Shown: piece after piece, positions 56,231 to 64,000 of the stretch
How positions within the stretch are numbered: position 1 is the first letter of the stretch
Layout: each line of letters opens with the position of its first letter
NCBI GenBank assembly: GCA_964016885.1
Contig: OZ024757.1
Span: 32,426,001 to 32,490,000 of the forward strand
DNA: 64,000 nt
From: Eledone cirrhosa
Taxonomy: Eukaryota
Direction: 5' to 3'
Made by a program: the position numbers and the translations under genes
Notes under the pieces: model-generated
Seen by the model: only the letters and a program-made list of their open reading frames with translations
Database searches by the model: none
Told to the model about the DNA's origin: nothing

Positions 56231-56457
56231 TCTATCTATCTATCTAACTACAGATATATCTCTCTCTATCTCTCTACCTATCCTATTTATCTATCTAACA
56301 ACAGATCTATCTATCTATATATCTATATATCTATATATTTGTCTGTTTGTATGTATGTCTTGATTATATCTATCTATCTATCCATCCATTTACCTACCCA
56401 TCCGTCAACCTATGTATTTATCATTCTAAAGACCCAGAAGAAACACCGACAGTCATA

Positions 56458-56617
56458 ACAATTGTTTCTACTTTTGGCACAAGGCCAGCAAATACCCAGT
56501 ACATAACTGGTACTTTATTTTACTGACCCCGTAAGGATGAAAGGCAAAGTTAACCTCGACGGGATTTGAACTCAGACAGTAAAGGGACCTAACTATGCTG
56601 CAAAGCATGGCGTCCGG
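56458..56617 (-). mobile_element. Type-A SINE, head-truncated
   Basis: Reverse complement of tail, core and B-box. Confidence 0.85.
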
Positions 56618-56679
56618 AGGAAATAATGCTGTACTCCTGTGTTTCAATTTAGCAAATGGTAATGAAAGGGTTAAGTAAT

Positions 56680-57345
56680 CATATTGATGGTCTCCCTACA
56701 GCCCCGGCGGACAGAATGGAGAAGGCGTTTCTCCGGAGGATGGTAAGGGAGATGCGCTGGAAGAGCCATTCCAACTCGCGAGGCTCACACCAGCGGCTGG
56801 CCAGCTCGGCGCCTATGGCGGTGAGTAGGGAGGGAGCCCAGAAGTCTCCACTGCCAAGGGGACGACCGCAAGCCTGACGGAGAGCGACCAGTACTTGGAG
56901 AGTTTGGCCTCCTCAGTCCGACGTGCAGCAGAACCTGGGTTAGTCGCAAACTGCACCAGGTTGCGGCAGCCAGAGTAGGCCCATTCAACCTCGACACACT
57001 CGCCACTCTCACCAATCTTTCATAAAACACACTAAAAGGCAACACCTCCCACTCTAACTTCGCCTTCCTCTTTAAATAATTGTTTCTAATTTAGGCACAA
57101 GGCCAGCAAATACCCAGTGCATTACTGGTACTTTATTTTATCGACCTCGTAAGGATGAAAGGTAAAGTCAACCTCGGCGGGATTTGAACTCAGATCGTAA
57201 AGGGACTTAACTATGCTGGAAAGCATTGTGTCCGACCCTCTACCGATACTGCCAATCCACCACCCTTCCTCTTTAAATAATGAACGCTGTCTATATAAAC
57301 CCCATTAAATTCCTTGATCATTCAACTATTGACACTGAAACCCCG
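56680..57345 (-). mobile_element. Old, diverged 3' fragment of a Tx1-like element, interrupted by a SINE
   Basis: EVLPFSVFYERLVRVASVSRLNGPTL parallels EVLGPRQFYERWVKEARMARVNGPSL; boundaries approximate. Confidence 0.6.
57081..57263 (-). mobile_element. Type-A SINE with an 18-bp TSD
   Basis: ccttcctctttaaataat at 57063-57080 and 57264-57281. Confidence 0.92.
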
Positions 57346-57406
57346 TATACACACACACACACCTTTCCTTCCTTCCTCTCTCTTCATACATACATACATA
57401 CATACA

Positions 57407-57438
<32 letters not shown>

Positions 57439-57463
57439 CATACATACATACATACATACACAT

Positions 57464-57508
<45 letters not shown>

Positions 57509-57618
57509 CGTGTGTGTATGTGTGTATCTATATATATATTATATATATATATATTTTTATATATTTAGATAGATGTATATATATATATGTGTGTGTGTGT
57601 GGTGTAAATGTATGTATT

Positions 57619-57688
<70 letters not shown>

Positions 57689-58739
57689 ATATATATATAT
57701 ATACAATATATATCGATCTATATCGAACGGGCACACTGATATATGATGGGAGAGTTGAAAATAAAATGACTGATGGAAGAGAAAGCCAATGTAGGTCAAA
57801 GAGGAGAGTGTGAAAGATGAGATGGTGGTTCCCCTTTTTGGGTGGTGGTGGTGGTGGTGGTGGTGGTGGGGTTGGTATGTAGTGGTGTTGGAGGGGTGTG
57901 TGTGTGGGGGGGGGGTGGAGTTTAAGAGTATTTTTGTTGTTGCTTGTGGTGGTGCTGTTGCTGGTGATGGTGGTGGTGGTGGTGGTGGCGATGTTGGTGG
58001 GGGATGGGGTGAAGTTTAAGAGCGTTTTTATTATTGTTTGTGGTGGTGGTGGTGGGGTGATGGTGACGGTGGAGGTGGTGGTGGTGGTGGAAGATGATGG
58101 TGACGGTGGAGGTGTTCGTGGTCTTGGTGGTGATCGTGGTGGTGATCGTGGTGTTGGTAGTGCTGGTAATGGCGGTGTTGATGGTGGTTGTGGTGATGGT
58201 GGGGTTAGTGTTCACGGTGGAGGTGGGGGTGGTGGTGGTGAGAAGAGGCAGGAAACTACGTGAGCGATAGACGGCTTTGGAAAATGTGGAACAGAATGGC
58301 CTATGAATCAGAAACTGTTACACAGACAGACAGACAGACAGACAGATAAATAGATAGATAGAAGATAGATAGATAAGCAAGCAGACAGGCAGGCAGACAG
58401 ACAGATAGATAGACAGTCACACAAATAGACAGACAGGCAGACAGACAGACAGATTGACAGAAGGACAAGTATAGAGACAGACAGACAGGCAGGGAAGTAT
58501 AGAGATAAATTTCTATTTATTTGCCACGAGGGCACAAAAGAAGGGGACATTTACACAGTGGGGGAGTTTACATAAATCGAGTAAAGAAAAAAGGAATAAC
58601 AATAATAATATAACAATAAAAAGTCCTCAAAAGGGAGGGGGCGTGTTGGGGATTGCACATACCCCCGAAAAGTGTGCAACTCTTTTCGCGGGGGAAGCCC
58701 AGAGAGGAGGCGCTCCCCCTTTCCTCTTCACTTCTTCAC

Positions 58740-61700
58740 CTACAGAACAATGTAGAGAGAAGGCCCATTTACACGGGCCATTCTCGCTTCTTTCACCCAC
58801 CTTTCATAAAACTGTCTGGGACCAAGCACTTCTCTCTCCATCCTGATTCTTCTTCCGAAGTGGTATCGGAAGAAGTAAACCAGGTGATGGCCGGAGAGAA
58901 AGTCACCCGACCTCAGACCTTTCAGGCGCGTCCACCACACAACCTCTTTCATCATGGCTATTACGCACAGAAAGACCGCCTCTGCTTCATTTCTGAAGGG
59001 AGGAGGCGGCTTGATGTTCACCACAGACTCGGCGGTTAATCGAATCGGCGCCACACGCGACAGCAGTCGTTCGACGTAGCCCCACAGATCGGCAACGCCG
59101 GGGCAGTGTACCAGTGCATGCGCAACGGTTTCCTCGTCGCGCACGCATCTGGGACAGATCTTTTTCGCGGGATCCCTGCCCGGGCGCCCGTGTCTGTAGA
59201 GCTTTTCTCGAACGGGCAGAGCCCCCCGGTAACACTGCCAGGCTAGGGACCTCTGGAAGTTGTCCATGGGTCCCGGGCCGAAAGTTCTACCGAACAGGCT
59301 GGCCAGTTCGTCTTCCTCCATGCCTAGCGACTCTCCAAGGGTGTCGTCGCCCCTGCTAGCCACCAACCCTCTATAGAATGTTGAGGTGGATTCTCCACTG
59401 ACAGTCGGGTCCGCTTGCCAGATAGCCGTGAGCGCCTGGGCACACTCAGTGTGCCAGTTGCCCAGTTTTCTCGGTCTTTGCTTCACCCAGGATTGCAGTT
59501 CGGTGAGCGAGACGAGCTGTGGGAAGGCTCGCCTCACAAACGGGGCCCACACCGGCTGACCGTTGAGGAATACCTGTAGATGCCGTAGCCTCAATGCGTG
59601 CCTACGCATCAACAGCCACGGCATACCCAGCCCTCCTTTCGAAGGGTGCTGGCAGCAGATGGATCTCCTCACCATGGGAGGCCGCTTCTTCCAGAGGAAC
59701 TGGAAGAGCATGCGTTCCATGATGGTGAGCTTTTCCTTGGGGCAAGGCACGACGGTCAGGCGGTAGTAGATGACGGACGCTATGTAAGCGTTCGTCACCT
59801 CCGCCCGACCTTTCAGTGATAGTTTGCACTTGGCCCACTTCTGGGTCAGCGCAAACACCCTGCTCGTCACCTCGCCCCAATTCTTCTCCACCTGGAGGTC
59901 CGGTCCGAACCAGACCCCGAGCAGCTTCACCGGGCCCTCCGTCCACCGCCCGACGACACCGTCTAACGGCATCGGTTTGCCCCTCCACGTTCCGAGTTGC
60001 AAACCGACTGACTTGTCCTGGTTCAGCTTAGCCCCCGTCAGCCTTTCGTATTCCTCCAGTAGGGTGGCGATCGCCCCGATTTCCGAGGCGTCCGCCACCA
60101 TTACTGTTACGTCGTCGGCATAGGCCGAGACCGCTTTGTGCAATCCCGGTTCCAGGGGTATGCCCCGCAGCAACTCCAACTTCCGCAGCAGTGGCTCGAG
60201 AGTCAATACGTACAGAAGGGAGGAGAGGGGGCACCCCTGTCTGATGGATCGGGTGATTTGAAACGGCTCCGAGAGGTAGCCGTTTACTTTAATCCTAGAG
60301 TAGATGTTGCCACTGTGCATGGCAGAAATCCAGCCCCTGAAAACGGGTCCGAAGCCCGCCGCCGCTAGCACCGCATCCAGGTAACCATGGTCGACCCTAT
60401 CGAACGCCTTAGATTGATCCAAGTTGATCAGGGCCCCACCAAAGCCGGGTTCGTAGCCAACCCTCTCTATGATGTATCGCATGAGGTGGAGGTTGTCGTG
60501 AATGGACCTGGACGGGATAGCGCATGTCTGCGCGTCTCCCACCAAACCACCCACCACAAGCGCCAACCTCTTCGCCAACACCTTGGCCAAAATCTGTAAC
60601 TCTGCATTCAGCAGAGTTATGGGCCTAAAGTTACTTAAGTCGTCCCCCTTGCTCTCGTCCTTCCTCACTAGCGTGACCACGCCCTTGGTCACAGAACAGG
60701 GAATTCTCCCGTTCTGTTGCCAGTTGCAATAGACAGCCTCGAGGAGTTCGGAGAACAAGACCGGCATAGCTAAATAAAGTTCGTATGGTAGACCATCGAG
60801 ACCCGGGGATTTGCGTCTGCTGCATTGGCTGAGCGCTTCCCCGATTTCAGTGGCTGTGATTGGCCCTTCGCAGCACTCCGCTTCGCCGCTCGAAAGACGC
60901 GGTAGACCGTCGAGGTATGGACCGAAGTCCACATCCCCGTCCGGCCCCCCGCCACCTCCGAACAGTCGAGCAAAGTGCCTTTGAAAGGTCTCGCACATTC
61001 GCTCAGGTTCAAGGATCACCCGTCCATCCTGGTCTCGCAAAGACCGAATGGTGGATTTAATCCCACTCTTGGCTTCTGTCACGCGGGCCCAGCTAACAGC
61101 TTTGGTCCCCTCGTTTCCTAAAGCACGTATTTTACTTCGGACAACGCAGCCTTCGTGCTTCGTGTCAAAGAACTGGCTCAATGCCGTTCTCGTCGCTAAC
61201 ACTCTGGCTACGTCTCCGCTCCTAATCGCCTCTTCTAGTTTATCTGTTAACTCCCTTTCCCTCCTATTTCTATTCGCCGCTAGTTCCTTACTGTAACCTA
61301 TCGAACTTACTCTAATCTCTCTCTTTAGAGATATCCACCACCTACTGTTGACGATCGCTCCCGTCAACCGCATCTTAACTAAGCTACTAATCCGGTTTCT
61401 GTAATCTTTCTTTGTCGGTAAGGACAAGTTCATCTTCCAGTAACCGGGACCCTGTCTATGCGTTCTATCAAGGTTGACCACGCAGGTCACTAATTTGTGA
61501 TCTGAATAGCCAACCATGATCAGTTCTGGACAACTAAATACGTCCCTATCCTTACTCCTAACCAAAAACCTATCTAGGTACGATCTAGATTGTCCACTGC
61601 GGTTTGCCCAGGTCCAGGTTGGCGCAGTTGGACAATCTAGTCGAAATCTATCGACCAGGTCGAATCGATCGAGTAACCCCTTGAGGCTGCTACACCCCCC

Positions 61701-62168
61701 TCTATCGGGACATGCCCCTGCATAGTCCCAACGCGCATCTAGGATTCCATTCCAGTCCCCCACTAAAAGCAGGGAACGCGACGTTCCTAGAAAAGTCTCC
61801 AGACGTTGGAAGAAGTCGGCTCTCTCCGCCCCGAAGGGAGCATAAAGACCGACCAGTCTGAAAGCCCCGCCTTCACCACCTCCGACGTCCAGCACCAGTA
61901 ATCGACCCCCCGGGTCCGAGTGAACAATCTGTACGTCGAGAGTTAGACGTTTATCCAGCAGTACGGCAACTCCCCCCCCGCCTCCGGGTTGACAGAGAGA
62001 TGCGTGCATCTCAAAGTCATCGAAGGCGGGCGCCAGCTGTCTCACGCTGCTGATCCGACTCTCGCAAACAACCATCACATCTATACTTTGTGACCTGAGG
62101 TCACTTAGAAGCTTTGCTTGCTTCCAAGCTGAGCTCAGGCCACGCGCGTTCAAACAGCCAACTCTCAA
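58740..62168 (-). CDS. ORF2 APE-RT, 1142 aa (TTG start)
   Basis: Same motifs as 52020-55448; about five amino-acid differences by eye. Confidence 0.95.
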   Translation of the reverse strand: MRVGCLNARGLSSAWKQAKLLSDLRSQSIDVMVVCESRISSVRQLAPAFDDFEMHASLCQPGGGGGVAVLLDKRLTLDVQIVHSDPGGRLLVLDVGGGEGGAFRLVGLYAPFGAERADFFQRLETFLGTSRSLLLVGDWNGILDARWDYAGACPDRGGCSSLKGLLDRFDLVDRFRLDCPTAPTWTWANRSGQSRSYLDRFLVRSKDRDVFSCPELIMVGYSDHKLVTCVVNLDRTHRQGPGYWKMNLSLPTKKDYRNRISSLVKMRLTGAIVNSRWWISLKREIRVSSIGYSKELAANRNRRERELTDKLEEAIRSGDVARVLATRTALSQFFDTKHEGCVVRSKIRALGNEGTKAVSWARVTEAKSGIKSTIRSLRDQDGRVILEPERMCETFQRHFARLFGGGGGPDGDVDFGPYLDGLPRLSSGEAECCEGPITATEIGEALSQCSRRKSPGLDGLPYELYLAMPVLFSELLEAVYCNWQQNGRIPCSVTKGVVTLVRKDESKGDDLSNFRPITLLNAELQILAKVLAKRLALVVGGLVGDAQTCAIPSRSIHDNLHLMRYIIERVGYEPGFGGALINLDQSKAFDRVDHGYLDAVLAAAGFGPVFRGWISAMHSGNIYSRIKVNGYLSEPFQITRSIRQGCPLSSLLYVLTLEPLLRKLELLRGIPLEPGLHKAVSAYADDVTVMVADASEIGAIATLLEEYERLTGAKLNQDKSVGLQLGTWRGKPMPLDGVVGRWTEGPVKLLGVWFGPDLQVEKNWGEVTSRVFALTQKWAKCKLSLKGRAEVTNAYIASVIYYRLTVVPCPKEKLTIMERMLFQFLWKKRPPMVRRSICCQHPSKGGLGMPWLLMRRHALRLRHLQVFLNGQPVWAPFVRRAFPQLVSLTELQSWVKQRPRKLGNWHTECAQALTAIWQADPTVSGESTSTFYRGLVASRGDDTLGESLGMEEDELASLFGRTFGPGPMDNFQRSLAWQCYRGALPVREKLYRHGRPGRDPAKKICPRCVRDEETVAHALVHCPGVADLWGYVERLLSRVAPIRLTAESVVNIKPPPPFRNEAEAVFLCVIAMMKEVVWWTRLKGLRSGDFLSGHHLVYFFRYHFGRRIRMEREVLGPRQFYERWVKEARMARVNGPSLYIVL

Positions 62169-62173
62169 TTGAT

Positions 62174-63997
62174 CTATTTTGGTGTTGAAAGTGAAGAAAG
62201 AAAAGCACTTACCTCTCCGGGTTGCGTAATTTCCATGGCATCAGGTGTGTTGGGTGGAGGGATGTTTTGTGGTGGTGTGGGGGTACACGTGTGTGGTGGG
62301 GTTGGAGTATTTGGAGTTGTGTCAGGGAGAGGGGCAGTTATGGGGAAATCTTTCAAGAGGACGCGATTCAACGGTTTTAAACAGGGGGGGCTCACGTCCC
62401 GTCTAAATTGTTCTTTTAAGGAACGATAAAGGTCCAGAGGGACCTTTATCATTTTTAAATGGGTGAAGTTCTCTGTTGAGATAAAGTTTGACCCTTCGGT
62501 CTGCACCATAGGGTTATTGTTTATTAATTTAGCCAGTTTTTTGTTTTCTTTATTTATATATGTGTATTGCAACGTCTTTTTTTGTGATGCTGTCAATGTT
62601 TCGGAGAGGGGAGGCGCAGATTTATTTTTGTTTGTTGAGGGTGGGGTGTTTTTGATTGGAGTTGGTGTTTGTGTGTGGGTTATTTGTGGTGTGCTGGGTG
62701 TGTGTTTTCTTTTTTTTCTTTTAACTTGTCTGAAGGCTTCTCCTCCTTCTTCTTCAGAAGTTGGGGGAAACTCTTCAGCGCTAGGTGGGAGGGACGTGTT
62801 GTGTGGTTGTTTTTTTTTTGCGGGAGGGGTAGATTTGTTACTGTTTTTTTTATTATTTGTTTGGAATGGGTTTTGTGGTGGTGGTGGTGGTAATGTTTGT
62901 GTCGTGCTTGTGGTTGGTAATGGTGGTGGTGATGTTTGTGTTGTGGTTGGTGGTGGTGATTTTTGTGTCGTGCTTGTGTTTGGTGCTGGTGGTGGTGATG
63001 TTTGTGTTGTGTTTGTGGTTGGTGGTGTCTGTATTTTGTTTGCTGTGTGTGGTATTAGTGTATTTTTGGAGGTGGGTGGTGCTGGTGTACTGTTTGTGGT
63101 GGGTGTGGGCAATAGTCCTTTTTGGGGGATACGTTTCGGGCAGTTAGCCTTAACGTGTCCCCTTTCCATGCATAAATAGCATGCTGGTCTTCTCCCCTCT
63201 ACAATTATGTCTATTGGGGTAAGGTCATCCAGCCAGATGCGATCCGGGATTTGTGCTATTCTTTCGGGCCTCATTTGGACTAGTATGTCGAGGCCCATTC
63301 CCAGGAACGCATCTCCAGTTGCCTTCCCCATTGACAGCATAGTGTCTTCGCCCATATCAATGAAGCCAGCAATAGCCCACCAGAAGTCCATTGTGGGCAG
63401 CATTGTTTTTACTTTTACCCTCTGTGTTCTTCTACCCATGTAGGAGGGATAGAAGCTATATGTTGTCGACGAGAGTGGGCTTAGGGAAAGCTGAACCGCC
63501 GTTTCTTTGTCTCTTGTTAGGACCGAAATGCTGCCATAGAGTCGGTCCTTTCGTATGAAGAGAATATTCTTCATATAGTCTTTTAGGACTAACTCTATTT
63601 CCATTTGGCTGGGCTGTGCTGGCTTTCTTGACTGGTTTAGTATAGTTCTGTATATAACTGTGTTTTCTTCTCTGGCTTTCTTGAATTCTGGGGGGGAGTT
63701 AATGGAAAACATTCCGTTCTCTCCCAAAACAATATGTTTCTTTGCTTCGGCCAGTTTTTCTCTGGCGGCAGTTAGGTCAATTGGTGTGTATGTAATGGAT
63801 TGCTTTGTTTTCTGGGCGAAAGTTGCCCTGTCGTTATTTGTATTATTTTCTGTTTGTTTGTTTTCTGTTTGCTCATTTTCCTTAACATTTGTTTTTTCAT
63901 TTTGTTTGTTTGTTTCAATGTCTAATTTTGTTGTAATTATTTTTTGTTCTTCAGACTTGGGGGGCGTGGCAGAGCTAATGGCAGACATGTCTGCCAT
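62174..63997 (-). CDS. ORF1, gag-like CCHC protein, 607 aa
   Basis: ATG in aagATGG context; CYLCMERGHVKANC knuckle. Confidence 0.9.
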   Translation of the reverse strand: MADMSAISSATPPKSEEQKIITTKLDIETNKQNEKTNVKENEQTENKQTENNTNNDRATFAQKTKQSITYTPIDLTAAREKLAEAKKHIVLGENGMFSINSPPEFKKAREENTVIYRTILNQSRKPAQPSQMEIELVLKDYMKNILFIRKDRLYGSISVLTRDKETAVQLSLSPLSSTTYSFYPSYMGRRTQRVKVKTMLPTMDFWWAIAGFIDMGEDTMLSMGKATGDAFLGMGLDILVQMRPERIAQIPDRIWLDDLTPIDIIVEGRRPACYLCMERGHVKANCPKRIPQKGLLPTPTTNSTPAPPTSKNTLIPHTANKIQTPPTTNTTQTSPPPAPNTSTTQKSPPPTTTQTSPPPLPTTSTTQTLPPPPPQNPFQTNNKKNSNKSTPPAKKKQPHNTSLPPSAEEFPPTSEEEGGEAFRQVKRKKRKHTPSTPQITHTQTPTPIKNTPPSTNKNKSAPPLSETLTASQKKTLQYTYINKENKKLAKLINNNPMVQTEGSNFISTENFTHLKMIKVPLDLYRSLKEQFRRDVSPPCLKPLNRVLLKDFPITAPLPDTTPNTPTPPHTCTPTPPQNIPPPNTPDAMEITQPGEVSAFLSSLSTPK

Positions 63998-64000
63998 CTT

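Larger units (their letters stand above)
58503..64000 (-). mobile_element. Tx1-clade retrotransposon, copy 2; both ORFs open, 5' end beyond the window
   Basis: Near-identical reverse complement of copy 1; 3' end runs into TATCTC and a (TGTC/TATC)n tract at 58320-58505. Confidence 0.95.

Noticed and set aside
50233-64000. Assembly fold-back artefact as the cause of the inverted LINE pair
   Set aside because: The copies differ at scattered sites, have different 5' ends and have non-palindromic flanks and spacer; long-read confirmation is still advisable.

Overview
Repeat-saturated, AT-rich animal genomic DNA; the microsatellite load and SINE/LINE repertoire resemble a coleoid cephalopod such as Octopus (inference). 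No host gene could be supported, and nearly all ORFs in the track are microsatellite translations. The real coding content is retrotransposon-derived: (1) a 5'-truncated but otherwise open RTE-clade LINE (minus strand, ~2361-5843) with three C-terminal C2H2 zinc fingers and a ~183-bp target-site duplication in a (CATA)n tract; (2) two near-identical, open two-ORF Tx1/L1-group LINEs (50233-55685 +, 58503-64000 -) in tail-to-tail orientation, plus three 3' fragments of relatives, most with junctions in (TATC)n; (3) decayed fragments of R4/Dong-like, RTE and Penelope-like (PLE) elements. Non-coding features include many tRNA-derived SINEs with two alternative tails, a bipartite non-autonomous RTE derivative, a U6 pseudogene, a Helitron-like 3' end, several minisatellites, and about eight minimal type-I hammerhead-ribozyme motifs and fold-back palindromes typical of PLE termini, mostly next to (TA)n. 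The most notable pattern is that different retroelement lineages appear to occupy different microsatellite motifs.
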